Part shown: in pieces, positions 13,622-27,535 of the stretch
How the letters are laid out: each line of letters starts with the position of its first letter
How positions within the stretch are numbered: the first letter of the stretch is position 1
Source of the DNA: Octopus vulgaris
Taxonomy: Eukaryota
Length of the DNA stretch: 64,000 bases
Assembly: GCA_951406725.2 (NCBI GenBank)
Contig: OX597814.1
Coordinates: forward strand, 204,662,001 to 204,726,000
Direction: 5' to 3'
The notes under the pieces: generated by a model
The model's input: only the letters and a program-made list of their open reading frames with translations
Database searches by the model: none
Told to the model about the DNA's origin: nothing
Position numbers and translations under genes: made by a program

Positions 13622-13843
13622 CCCTTTTGTTACCATACTTCTGTTGAGATGTTCTGTGTTTCTTTCAATTAATTTTAAATATAACAAAGAATTTAGTAAA
13701 ATAACTTAGTTATCATTACGCTAGTGTTAGAAATATAAATTGCGACTAAGGTTTGGTGGAAGATTTTAATTTAAAACTTTTCAAAACAAAACATTTGTAC
13801 TACAAAGCCAGAGGTGGTTTCAGCCAGGTTGGTATAAAAAGGG
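13622..13843. mobile_element. piggyBac-type MITE (second family)
   Basis: TTAA|CCCTTTTGTTACC...GGTATAAAAAGGG|TTAA with TTAA at 13618-13621 and 13844-13847. Confidence 0.8.
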
Positions 13844-15736
13844 TTAATATTTTTAAATGCTTAGTAGTACTACAAATACAACTATTTGTTGTGTCTGGGG
13901 AGAGTCATTTTCTTTTTGTGCCTTATAATTTAACACACTCACCGGTAAAATTTCCACTTATTTCTTATTTTTATTTCCCTAGAAATTTTTCTTGCGTCTT
14001 GCAACCTTTTCAAGAGTCTTGACTCTCTCCAAAAATGAAATACAACTATTTGCCTTAACTAAAATATCCTTTAACATCTGTTGTTCATGCTGGTTTGGGT
14101 TGGACAAAATATATTTAAATTCTACATGTGATACTGGTTATCATCATCATCATCTTACATCTGCTTTCCCTGCTAGCATGGGTGGAACAGGATATGACGA
14201 TTCAAGTCATTGCCCACTGGAAGTGACTGTTCGCATAAACTGGTGTCTGTATGTGCCATTCTGCTTGGCTTCTACAATGTAAAAAGCACCCTCTACACTC
14301 TCAGAGTGGTTGGCATTAGGAAGCGTATCCAACTGTAGAAATCTTGCCAAATGAGATTGGAGCCCTGGTGCAGCCTCCTGGCTTGCCAGTCCTCAGTCAA
14401 ATTGCCCAACCCATGCCAGCTTGGAAAGCAGACGTTAAACGATGATGATGAAACAACAACTATATAAATATTCTTTGATCATTTTACAGAAAATAAAGGA
14501 AATTTTGAATGCAGAATATTTTGTACCATTAAGTTGAGCAAACCCTGACAACAAATACTGTCTTCTATAATACCAAATAATAGATTTTGAAATGTGAGAA
14601 CATTTTTTATAAACAAACTTTAAAATGCTGAGTGAGTATTTTACAGAAAATTAAGTAAATCTTGAATGCAGAAATATCTGTGAATACTGCTCAGGCGATC
14701 AGGTAAATACCCTTAGAATATGAAGACAGAAAAAAAAAGTAGCCAGCAGACCTCAACAGAAAATCATGCTCTGTACCTCTATTCTTAGAACAAATTAAAT
14801 ATGCAGTATTTACTATTGCTTTCTCAGCTCTAATCCATTTTAATTTGCCTCCAGTTCATAGTGTTTCAACTGTGAAAATCTCATTTTGGAGCAATTCATT
14901 TTCAGCCACTTAAAAAAAAACATAGTGTCTAACCATTGACTAGTAAACAGAAAAACACTGTTTCATCGATGATCAAACCATGTCCATTGCATTCGCTGAT
15001 GGCTTGAAAGCTCAGATCAACCTACACTAACTTACATCGACTCTATTCTCCAAAAATTTTAGTCAACAGATCTTGGAGTTATCTCTCTTATACTGAATTT
15101 TAAACACTATTAGGCGTTTCTGTCTACTAATTACAAGACCCTACAGTATTGTTTTTAAACAAGTTTTCCATAAAAACTGATTTAGTAATTCTCAATCATT
15201 TTAATGGATGTTCTGTCATCTCATTAACATATTCAAATCTTACACTTATCCTGGAATCTGACCCCACTATTACCTCTAAACTATGCTCACCATTTTCCAG
15301 GCAAATTCAGTTGACATATCCACCATGTTCATAAATAAAACCATTTAAAACTATAAAAGTAAAAAAAAATGCATTGGTTTAATTATGAAGCATACAAAAC
15401 CAGAAAAAAAATACGACAAAAAAATTATAATTCGTTGACATTTTCATTAATGTTAATTAGCTTATCATCATCCAAGACAAGCTGGCAGAAATGTTTGCAC
15501 ACCAAGCGAAATGCTTAGCAGTATTTCATCTGCCGTTACGTTCTGAGTTCAAATTCCGCTGAGGTCGACTTTCATCCTTTCGGGGTCGATAAATTAAGTA
15601 CCAGTTACACACTGGGGTCGATGTAATTGACTTAATCCCTTTGTCTTTGTTTGTCCCTTCTATGTTTAGCCCCTTGTGGACAGTAAAGAAATAAGAAATG
15701 GATCAAAATTAATATTAATGTTTGAAATATAATTAA

Positions 15737-16136
15737 CCCTTTTGTTATAATATTTCTGTTGAAATACAGGGTCTTAGTTTCAATTAATTTTGAAAATAAT
15801 GAAGAACTTAGTAAAACAATTTTGTCATTATTAAGCTGGTGTTTAGACTATCATATGAAGTTTTGATGGGAGGTCTTCATTTAACCCTCTGTCTAACATA
15901 ATACTTATTTATTCACAATGTTTTCAATTAATCATACATTATCTTGTAACTTTGAGATTTTGCTGATGTGACTGCTGATCTTTAGAATGATATATTGTAG
16001 GTTAGGTGCGAGACGCCATATCCAGACAGTTTAAACATAAAATAGATGGAATATTTGGGATGGATAAAGCTAGTTTAAAACAGGAAGTTTGCATCACAGA
16101 ACTGGGGCGATCTCAGGCAGGCTTGTATCAAAAGGG
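15737..16136. mobile_element. piggyBac-type MITE containing a nested MITE of the 1969-2182 family starting at the TTAA at 15881
   Basis: Outer ends TTAA|CCCTTTTG...CAAAAGGG|TTAA; the left part resembles the 13622 element; ~15885-16080 resembles the 1969 element. Confidence 0.7.
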
Positions 16137-17848
16137 TTAATGGTGTAATTTAAGCATTTTAGTTTCTTCAGGGTGAAATGAATGTTTTTTTTTTTTTAAA
16201 TATTTACACTTTATGAAACCAAGAAAATTACAAATATCATAATAGTTATCATCATTTAACGTCCATTTTTCATGCTGGCATGTGTTGGACAATTTGATGA
16301 GCTGGCAAGCCAGAGAGCTATACAGAGCTCCCATTATCTCTTTTGGCATGGTTTCTATGGCTGGATGCCCTTCCAAATGCCAACCACTTCAGAGAGTGTA
16401 GTGGGTCCCTTTTATGCAGCCACCTGTGTAACGTACATAATTTATTTGCACCATTGAAAGATATGATGCTGTGGGTCATGTCAGAGACAAAATATATTCA
16501 AAGACATGTGTTAGAAACCCAACATATATTGTGTTTCTATCAGAACATTTCCTCATCATAATCATTTAATGTCTGTTTTCCATGAATGAATTGGACAGTT
16601 TAACAGGAGCCAGAAAACCAGAAAACTGCACAAGGCTCTAATTGTTTCTTTTGGCATGGTTTTTATAGCTGCTGGCCCTTCCTAACACCAACCAATTTAC
16701 AGTGTGTACTGGGTGCTTTTTTATGTGACACCAGCATAGGTCCTTTTTATGTGGTACCAGCACTCGCAGGGTTGCCAAGTAGCTTGCATGACAAGGACCT
16801 CTCAAGCTGAGAGAGGGAGTGGAACCAAGAGAAGTAGCCATGTGCTAGGCAAGAGGTTGGAGTATGATGGAAGGACAGTTGTCTTACTACAGAGGAGATA
16901 CATGGTTATCTCAGTAGGACAAGGAAGCAAAAGGCAGCGGGAAAGATAGTGAAAGAGAGAGGGTCTACCCACAAAGAACAATGGGATAGAGATGTTCCTT
17001 AAGAGTGTGAGGGGAGATATTTAGAGATAGCAAGTGATGGTGAGGGGAACTGGAGGAGCCTGCAGTAGGCAGTGGGTGTGATGGGGAAATGGGTTATGGG
17101 TGATTCTTGCCAAAGATAGAACTATGTGCGTGTGTATGTGGGGGGTATGGTTGTAAAGGATGTAATTGTATGTATGGATGGCCATAATTTTACTCTTCTT
17201 CTCAGACAAAAGTCACAGCACCGTGCCTTTCAGTGGTGTATATATGTTAAGTGTAATACAAAATATATGTAGTTTGATTTAATATCGTTTCAACTGCCTA
17301 CACAGACTTCGCTATTGTGCAGTTTTGGTTCTCATCACACTGTGCAACAGATGAGGCAAGTGTCTTCTACTGTATCCTTGGGTTGACCAAAGCCTTGTGA
17401 TGTGAAAACAGCCAGATGGAAACTGAGTGGGAATATGTCAGGGGTACTATTCCTACTTTTGAGATGGTAGACTTATGGTGCCTTAAGTAGTTAGTTGCAA
17501 GCATTCAGGACAAGTCCCCAGTGTAAAGATAAAAGAGGTCTTGACCTGGGATAATGAATAATTCTTCTTCTTCTCATCAACATCTTCTAACATCTGCTTT
17601 GTATACTGGCATGAGTCAGATAGCTTGATAGGACCTGGTAAGCAAGAGAACTGCATCAGGCTCACGCTGCATGCCCTTTCTAACACCAACCACTTTACAA
17701 TGTACTGGGTGCTTTTTATGTAGCACTGGCATCAGTGATTTATATGTGGTACGAGCAGGAGTAAAGACAGTCTTGTGGTTATAACGATTAAAAAAACAAC
17801 AACAAAGGCAAGCGAGACAAAGTGTTATATAATATTGAAAGCTCTCAC

Positions 17849-17917
17849 TGTTATTTTTTTCATTATGTTATCTTGTCCTTGGATACTTTCACCTTCAAAT
17901 ATAAGCATGGCTTGTGC
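17849..17917 (-). CDS. NUTF2: Nuclear transport factor 2, coding exon 2
   Basis: ttttcttttttccag|AQAMLIFEGESIQGQDNIMKKIT|gtgaga; 69 nt, phase 0/0; NTF2 motif (W/F)EG...QG...I..K. Confidence 0.93.
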
Positions 17918-20186
17918 CTGGAAAAAAGAAAAAAATTTTTAAATGAGGTCTTGGAATCAACACATTTTCATAAGACAAACACAAACAGTTAAAGAAAACA
18001 ATAACATTATCACAACTACAGCTATTCGCTCAGGTGTCACCTTCGTTTCATAAGGTTTTTAGGTGAATTGGCAGAGTTATTGGGGTACTGGGTAGAATGC
18101 TTGGTGATATTGGTTTTGACTCGTTGTGCTCCAAGTTCAAATCCCACTGTGGTCAAATCTGTCTTCCATCCTTTAGTTTTACACTTTACTCTTTTACTGG
18201 ATTCAGTCATTTGATTGCGGCCATGCTGAAGCACCACCTTTAGTAAACAAATCAACCCCAGGGCTTATTCTTTGTAAGTGTAGTACTTATTCAATCTGTC
18301 TCTATTGCTGAACCGCTATGTTACAGGGACATAAACATACCAACATTGGTTGTCAAGCGATGGAGGGGGGGACACACACACACATATACATGACGGATCT
18401 CTTTTAGTTTCTGTCTACCAAATCCACTCACAAAGCTTTGGTCGGCCCAAGGCTATAGTAGAAGATACTTGCCGAAGTTGCTACACAGTGGGACTGAACC
18501 CAGAATCATGTGGTTGGGAAGCAAGCTTCTTACCAAACAGCTACTCTTGCACCTATTTGATAAAAAAAATTCCAAACTAAGGTAGAGAAGTGGGGAAACT
18601 GCTGGAAGACTGGGCAAGATTCTGTGTGGCACCCTATCTAACTCTATCTTTTGAAAACAAAACCTATGGTGATACTGATGCCAAGGTATCAACCAAAATT
18701 GATGTCCTTTCTCTTTGATAAACATTGGCACCATGGAGAGAGGCAATTTGATTGCAAGGCCAACTACCAATTTTTCTTAAGAACTCTTGCTCTGGTCTGC
18801 ACATAAATGTGCAGAAACAATATTAATCTTCATATGTGGAAGCCTCTCAATGTTTTATTCAAAGAATTTATGCCTGTGGCATGTAAAAAGCACCAACCGA
18901 TCGTGGCCGTTGCCAGCCTCCTCTGGCCCCTGCACTACACTCAGAGTGGTTGGTGTTAGGAAGGGCATCCAGCTGTAGAAACACTGCCAGGTCAGACTGG
19001 AGCCTGGTGCAGCCTCCTGGCTTCCCAGACCCTGGTCAAACCGTCCAACCCATGCTAGCATAGAAAGCGGACGTTAAACAATGATGACGATTGTGCTAAA
19101 ATTTGGCTTCAAGGCATCACCAGTAATCAAAATTTTGTCAAACCTTTTGCAATGACAAACCAGACAACTGAATTCATAATCATAATCGTCATCATTTAAC
19201 ATCTACCTTCCATGCTGGCATGAGTAGGACAGTTGGATAGGGGTCTGGCATGCAGCAGGGCTGCATCAAATTCCAATGTCATCTTTGGAATGGTTTCTAA
19301 GGCTAGATGCCCTTCCTAAAGAAAGAAAATTTCTAACTGTAATGCTGAAACTAGACCAACAATCTTGCTTCAGACCAGATACAATAGAACCACATCAGTG
19401 AGCAGGTTGCAGTGAGTGAGAGGAAAATTTTGACAATGAATAATGTTTTTTTGTGTTTTTTGAATGGCTACCTTGTCTTCCACACTGTAACCAGTTTACT
19501 TAATTACACTAATTATTTCACTAGTTTTAGTCATTGGACAACAGCCAGGGCAACAGAGATATAAAGATTCCAAGGATTTTCAGATCTATTTATTGATCCA
19601 CTTCCCCTATAATCTTCCCATTATAATCTCAAAATTCTTTTATGCCTCAAACACCAACTTTGTTATGAAAAGGTCAATTATTTTCCAAAATAAAATAAAA
19701 AGACTTGGACAATGCATTTCATTAGAAATATAGTGACAAAATGGGTTAATAACTTGCAAAATAAAATAAACTAGCATAAAACATTTTATTCTTTAGAGAA
19801 TTGGTTTGTTTTCATAGCTAAAATTATATTGGCCTACTTGTATCATTAGTTAACACAAATTAATAATTGTTATGTGTATATATGTGTGTATATATATATG
19901 TGTGTGTGTGTGTGTTCCATTGCTGTTGACTCCAAGAGCCGAACAGGATGTGACTTTCAAGTATGTGTATGTATAAATGTATGCACACACACACAAAAAA
20001 TAACATCATTTATTATATTAATCTGCTTCACAATGATGCCATAAGTTAGATGAGATTTGAAACACTGTTTTAGAGTTGGTTCTCTCCTTAAATTGACTCT
20101 TACAACATACAAACATAGTGTACATCATTTTTCAAACCATGGGTGCGTGTCTGTGTATATATACAGGTCTCTATGTATGTATGTAT

Positions 20187-20249
<63 letters not shown>

Positions 20250-20369
20250 ATTTAGGGTATCTAAGAGATACCACCACGCTGGAAATAGCAGCCAAACCTT
20301 GACTCTAAAGCCACATTAAATGTTCAGCACCAGGAGAGAAGACAAAGAGACAAAATAAACTACTGGATA

Positions 20370-20428
20370 ATTCCAGATCCCAGATTTCTGGCTCTGCATA
20401 AGAAATGCTTTGCCTTCATCAGTGGAAT
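20370..20428 (-). ncRNA. Type I hammerhead-ribozyme-like motif (probably Penelope-derived)
   Basis: Minus strand: ATTCCA-CTGATGA-A-GGC(aaaGCATttcttATGCaga)GCC-A-GAAA-TC-tgg-GA-TC-TGGAAT. Both catalytic boxes and stems I-III can be drawn. Confidence 0.55.
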
Positions 20429-20528
20429 ATACTCAGATACCACATAAATACAAATATATATATACACACAACATATGAATACTTATATATACGAATATAT
20501 ACATACATATATATGCACACGACCATAA

Positions 20529-20566
<38 letters not shown>

Positions 20567-20959
20567 TCCTTTTCTATAGGCACATGGCCTGAAATTTTGG
20601 AGGAGGGTTTATTTGATTATATTCACCCTAGCACTCAACTGGTACTTATTTTATGGAGGACAAAAGGTAAAGTTGATCTCAATGGAATTTGAACTCAGAA
20701 TGCAAAGATGGGTGAAATACTGCTAAGCATTTTGTCCAGCAAGCTAAGAATTCTGCTACCTTGCCACCCACTTTTTTAATTTTTTTTTTTTTACATTTGC
20801 AGCTTCAGTAATGCTTACATCCACAATGCTTATAATTACAATGCTTCAAACACATTCATATACAATGCTTCATTACACTCCACCCCAGTAGAAGCAACAA
20901 TTCTAACATGTTTGAATGATGGGAGGTTAAAAAACTATCATGACGTCTGTTATCAAGCG

Positions 20960-23300
20960 ATCATGGGAACCTTTTCAGGTGCTGAATAACATCTCTTCCT
21001 CCTGTGTTACCTCCCATATCTCTCCCAGTTTTCAGAGTTGGCACTGTAAACGTGGGCACATTGAAAGATAGGTCTAGCGAGATTGTAGAGATGCTTGAAT
21101 GGAGACGTGTTGATGGATGCTGCGTACAAGAGGTAAAGGTGGAGAGGAGCAAAGCACATAGGTATAAACTCTTCTGGGAAGATAACAGTGATGGAATAGG
21201 GGTGTGGGCATAATTCTTGCAGAAAAATGGGTGGATAAGGCCACAGAGGTAGTGAGGGTGAGTGATAGAGTACTTAAACTCAGGCTAGTTTTGCAGAATT
21301 GTATAGCTACAATTATATTTGCCTACATCCCACAAGTGGGCCTACCAAATGTACAGAAGGACCACTTTTATGATATTCTTCTGTAGGCTACCTCAAAGAT
21401 GAGTGACAATGATCTCATCTTTGTGGCTGGAGGTTTTAATGGGCATGTCAGACAGCAACCTGGTATCTTCCATGGTGTACATAGAAGCCATGGAATTGGT
21501 ACCAGAAATGAAGAGGGAACTAGGCTCTTGGAGTTCTGCATTGCAACAGCCTATTGATTTGCAACACCAACTTCAAGAAGCCAGCCTGTCACCTGACTGA
21601 TTTCATTCTCACCAGACAGCAGGATGCATAATTGCTCTTAAATACAATGACCCTCCCTGGTGAAGAATGTACCCCCCAGCATAGTCTAGTTATTTGTGAC
21701 TTTAGACTCGAAACCAGAAAGGTGCCAAAAAGCAGACCAATCTGAAAATTAAGGACTTGGAAGGTTAAGAACTCTTCACATGGTCAGAGATTTAGGGATA
21801 TCCTTACTGCGAAATCTGAGGAGAGGGAGGAGGAGCTACAGTCCTGTGACATAGAATGCAGCTGGTGCAAAGCCCCTTCCAGACTAGGGCAACATGGTGA
21901 TGGAACAATACTGTAGACAGGGCCATTAGAGCAAAGAAACAGGCCTGGAAGAGTCGGGGTAGCAAGGGACTGTATCAGATAGCCAGAAGGGAAGCTAGAA
22001 GACAGGTATATATAGCTAAAGGAGTAGCAGAAAAAAGAAGTTTGCCAATGTTAGGACCAAAGAACTGAAGTGTTTTGGATTGCAAGACAGTGTGTGAGAG
22101 AAAACTGTGATGTCAGGAGAGAAATATGTCCACATGGATGATGGTGCCCTCGCGTTTAATGGTTCTGCAAAGAAAGCGATTTGGACATGCCATTATAAAA
22201 AACTGCTGAATGTGGAGAATGAATGGGAGGAGGAGGGTCTGCCAAGGTTGACCCAATTGAGGGACCAGTTACCTGAATCAACAGTACCCTGATAGATAAA
22301 GCAATTAAGGATATGAAGACAGGGAAAGCACCTGGCCCATCAGGGATCACCGCTGAGATGCTAAAAATATCCGGCTGGTGTGGGTTATGGTCTTGTCACC
22401 CACATCGTAAATCAGGTAGTTCATGAAGGAATCATACTCAATGACTGGTGTAGCAGCACCATAGTCAACTACTACAAAGGTAAAGGTGATGCTTTAGATA
22501 GAACTACAGCAGTATCAAATTATTGGATCAGGTGATGAAAGTTACAGAGAGGGTCATAGCCCAACTAATTAGGGAGGGAGAGTTAGCGTAGATGAGTTGC
22601 AGTTTGGTTTTGTGCCAGGGAAAAGCACCACTGATGCTATATTTCTAAGGCAACTGCAAGAGAAATACCTAGCCAAAGATAAATCTCCATACTTGGCTTT
22701 TGTTGTCTTGGAGAAAGCCTTTGACAGGGTCCTTTTAGCTGGTGGTCAATGTAGAGACTGGGGATAGACGAGTGGTTGATAAGAGCTGTACAAGCCCTGT
22801 ACAGGGATGCTGTCAGTAAGGTGAGGGTTGGCAACAAGTATAGTGAAGAATTTTGGGTAGAAGTAGAGGTTCACCAAGGATCAGTCCTCAGTCCCCTCTT
22901 ATCAAAGGCAATAACAAAAGAATTCAAGACAGGCTGCCTGTGGGAGCTCCTCTATGCTGATGACCTTGCTCTAATAGCAGAGTCACTGCCAAAACTAGAG
23001 ACGAAGTTTAGGGTATGGAAACAAGGTCTAGAAATGAAGGGCCTTGTAGGAAGGCTGACAAATCACAAACCTCTTCAGGTAGATGGCCCTGCTCGATCTG
23101 TAGAAAAGGCATAAGTAGAAATGCCATACAATGTACCCAGTGTAAGCTATGGACACATAAAAGGTACAGCAATATCAAAGGAAGGTTAACTGGAAAGATG
23201 GTTTGTGTGTGGTAGATGCACAGGGGTAATAAACACTGAAGATGTACAGAAAACGGATTCCATCACATGCCAGGGGGAGAAACTAGAAGTAGTTAATAGT
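20960..23300 (+). mobile_element. Decayed RTE-clade LINE (APE endonuclease, reverse transcriptase, PHD-like Cys/His finger) inside NTF2 intron 1, antisense to the gene
   Basis: Fragments RVGTVNVGTL...CVQE (APE), GKAPGPSGI, QFGFVPG, QGSVLSPLL and LLYADDL (RT), WPCSICRKG...IQCTQCKLWTHKR; many stops and frameshifts. Confidence 0.9.
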
Positions 23301-26300
23301 AGATTTGGTAGACAGAAACTGAAAGATACTCCTCATATATGTACATGTGTGCACCATCATCTAGACATCACATGATGGCTGTAAATAAGCATTGCCGTCA
23401 TATAATGTTTGTTTCCAATTTTTCATGTAAAACATGCCTGGTCACAGAGAAACATTGCCTTGCTCGGACACAGCATCCTGTCATAGAAAATCTGCCTCAA
23501 CAAATTTTGTCTTACCTATGCAAGCATGGGAAATTGGTTGTTGAAGGATGTTAACATTATATATATACACAAGTGAGACCGTAGACATGGCCGATGTCAG
23601 TATCAGGTCAACGACACCCAAGCAGGTAGAATGTAAAAAACACCCACTGTACTCTCAGAGCGGTTGCCATAGAAAAACCTTGCCAAATCAGATTGAAATC
23701 TGGTGCAGCTCCTTGGTTTACCAGTTTTCAGTCAAACCGTCCAACCCATGCCAGCATGGAAAACAGACATTAAATGATGGTAATGACATGCACACTTCTA
23801 TGTATGCGAGATCTAAATAACACTAGTGAAATTTTAGGTTAATTTTAAAGTTTTGGCAGACTTCCAAATTGTTTTATAAGCTGTCTGTAAAATCATTTTC
23901 TTTCAATCTCTATATTTACTGCCAATTTGTTTTGATTTTATCTCTTATTCTTTTCAGTTACTGGACTGCAGCCATACTGGGATGCCACCTCAAATGGTTT
24001 AGTCAAACAAATTGATCCCAGTTTTTCTGAAGTCGAGTATTAATCCTATCATTCTCTTTTGCCCAACTGCTAAGTTACAGGGATGTAAACAAGTCAACAG
24101 TAGTTATCAAGAGGTGGTGGAACAGACACATTTTATGTGTGTGTATGTACATATAATATATATATAATGTACATATTATATATATACATACATACACACA
24201 CGTTGAGCTTGCCTCTTTTACCAAATCCATTCACAAGGTATTAGTTGATCCAAGACTATAGAAGATACTTGCTCAAGGTGTTATGCAATGAGAATCAATC
24301 CAAAATCACACAGCCATGTTTCAAATCATGGTTGAGCTCAACTGTTTTTCTTTCTTTTGGTTTTGGACAAGTCCATCTCTCAAGATTGTGTCAACAGACA
24401 TTATAACGATGTAAGGTTATACAGAAAGATTGTTTCTGTTTTTGTGTGTATGTGTGTAGACATCATCACTGTTTTAACGTTCACTTTTCCATGCTTGCAT
24501 GGATTGAGCAGAGTTTGGGACAGATTTTTCAAGGGCTGAATGCCCTTTCAGTTATCAACCCTTGTTTGTAAGTTAATATTTCCCCTTGGACAGGCATGTT
24601 TCTACAGAATACTGGAAATGAACTACAATTTGCAACGCGATGTCAAAACAAGGAGGCATAAACGTACGTACGCGCACATATCGATGAGTGACTTGGAAAC
24701 CAAGGCATGCAATCCAATCGCCAAGGTGAAGAGTGGGACAGTGGAAACTAAAAGCCCGTTGCCCGCGCGCGTATGTGTGTGTGTAAAGAATCCATTCTGT
24801 AAGGTGGTTGGTGTTAAGAAGGGCATCCAACAGTAAAAACCCTGGTCTAGTCTTCTACCTAGCCAGCCCGTCAAACCGTCCGACTCATGCCAGCATGGAA
24901 AACAGACATTAAATTATGATGAAATATATGTATGTGTGTGATGGGTTTCTTTCAGTTTCCATCTAGCAAATCCACTCACAAAGACTTGTCGGCCTGAGGT
25001 TTTAATAGCAGACACTTGCCCAAGGTGCCACGTAGTGGGAAGTGGGGGTGAGGCCGAAACTGTGTGGTTGGGAGGGGAGGCAAACCTTCAAACCACAGGC
25101 GCCACGCCTGTTAGGTGAACATGAAATAGTTTGAGTGAGAAGTAGTGAAGATGCGAGGTGCTGCTGTATGAATATGGTAGACGGGGGTGGGTGAGATAAA
25201 CCCAAGAATATTTGAGACAGGATGTTAGTAAACCACCACAGAGAAAAGATAGTGTTTTAAAGATGGCGATTGATGTCTGTCTAAGGTAAGCAGAGTTAAA
25301 CGAACTTCAAACTATGAAGAAAATTCGGCACTTTGTTATTACACTACCCTTCCAAATGAAACAAAATAAATGATAATGGTGTCTTTTTACGTACGGGGAT
25401 ATAATAAACATTTGTAAAATAATATTTTGCTTGTGGATCGGCCAAATTACGCACCATACATTCAATAAGATATGTCTAAACAAATCTGTGTCCCATAAGT
25501 TTTCATTAGTTTTCTTTATAGCCTGATTCACAACTTAAATTGAAGGATTCAAACAAAAAGAATTATAAACAATATGTAGGGGATTTTATAAAGTCATTAC
25601 TTTATAAAAACAATACATTATATTATTTGTTTCTTCAAGTCAAACGAAGAAGCGGCTAAAATGTTACATCATTTGTGGGTCTTACTCGAAATAGACTTTT
25701 CGTTCCCACGACAAACCAATTAACCCCGAATTTGAATCACACACATTGAAAGAGACCTACATACATATGAGTGATATATTAGTATCACTTATTGATCATC
25801 ATCCGATCTACAACAGTTCTATACATATTATCACGTAGATTCTGATTAGACGCAATAATTTGGGGATATATTTATTTGATAATTGATTCTCAATTAAAAG
25901 GACATTTTGTTTAAACGTTTAACCCGACCCGACCCCATACTTTAAGCTATTTAATGGACATCAATGCATCACAGTCTACATTTTAGTCAAACCCGATTCA
26001 TAATCAATATTGATTGTTGATGAAACATTTATAGAAATAGACAATGATTGAATCGGCGGCCCCATGTTTGTCATAATTACATTGACTCCAGCTGGATTTG
26101 AAGTCAGATCACTGTAGAATTTACTAAAATTCACAAAGAAGTGCTATTAATCTACAGATTTTTTCTATCATTTGATCTTTAAAACATAAAAATCATGGAT
26201 TAAATGAATGAAAATATTTTTTCCCCAAAAGATATTTTCTCCACTCAGAATTGCAAGCAATCATCAAATATCTTCAATGTAACCAAAGTCAGACACTAAT

Positions 26301-27427
26301 ACAAAGAAACAACGGTTGAGTAATTCCTCGACCGTTATCATGTGGGTTTAATTACATCACCGACGACTTGATATCAACCCTAACATTTGCTTAAAATACA
26401 TTCGAAATTTCTTGAACAGCATATACAAAACATACATGAAAATATATCGATTAGTGTATATTTATGATTAAGATGAGGGAAAAACTAATGCTTAATACGA
26501 TATGCAATGGAATCATCTGTCCGTTGTTTATTAGCAATGACTGATGTTTCTAGAATTGAAGAGAAACAGGCATTATGGAGGTTCTCGCAAAAGAATCAAG
26601 GAAAGATAGGAGTTTACTAAATTACCAGAAGAATAAACTATATTGTAATTAACTGTGGCAAATATATCTTTGCAAAATTTCCCCAATATCAATAGGTTCT
26701 CCGACGATTTGAATTGAATGATTATTTTAATGTATAAAAGCGAAACATGTGTTTAACGTCCCTGGTCGGCCGACACGTGTTGTTTATTAGGATATCTAAA
26801 TCAACACTGACAATAAATTACTAATTGTTGTAATCAAAATGATGCGAATTAATAGGAATTCACATTTTATAAGATTGTCAATAAAACATTTTTTCCCTGG
26901 CTTTCAACTTCCACAAACTGTCTGACGAGGCTTCTAGAAATACATCGCACTATAAACAGCTAATTGCATTAAGCAAACGAAAACCCTGGTAACCATGTTA
27001 TGTTATAAATATATTCTCTCGTTCGGTTTGATGCACTGACTGCTTACACAGGTGTACAAGACATGACATTGATGGTTTTTTCTGATATTTAAGTGAGCTG
27101 GTGTGATCACAATAACGGAGAATTGGTCCCGCGACGAACAACGGCAGAAGAAGAGACCCTTGTAAAACAAAAGATTCTACAGATAATGATCGTTAATATA
27201 GCAGCTGGCTTCTTACAAATATATCGAAGATTGGAATGTTAACGGAATGTCTTTTTTTTTTCTTACTCAATTTAAAATCTGAGATTTCTCTCAAAGGAAA
27301 TTTCAATCAGTTTAAGTAAAGTTTTTCCCACCGACCACACGTTCGAGTGCACTGACTTAAGAACCGCTAGAAACAAAAATACTGCACATGTCTGACCGTC
27401 CCAATTGAGGAGGTAGGTACAACTTAC

Positions 27428-27535
27428 ATGGTAGACTCCTCTTAAATGGCCTCGAAATTCCACACAATCGAAATAATTGTAATAATGCTCCACGAATTTC
27501 TCCGCAATCGTTGTATAACTGCCTGGGAAGGCCAT
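27428..27535 (-). CDS. NUTF2: Nuclear transport factor 2, coding exon 1
   Basis: aaagATGG start; MAFPGSYTTIAEKFVEHYYNYFDCVEFRGHLRGVYH|gtaagt; NTF2 motif I...F..HYY..FD. Joins in frame with three downstream exons to give 131 aa. Confidence 0.95.

Noticed and set aside
15030-15125. Possible extra NTF2 exon (minus-strand gtaagt donor near 15035)
   Set aside because: All three frames contain stops, and the four identified exons already give a complete NTF2 fold.
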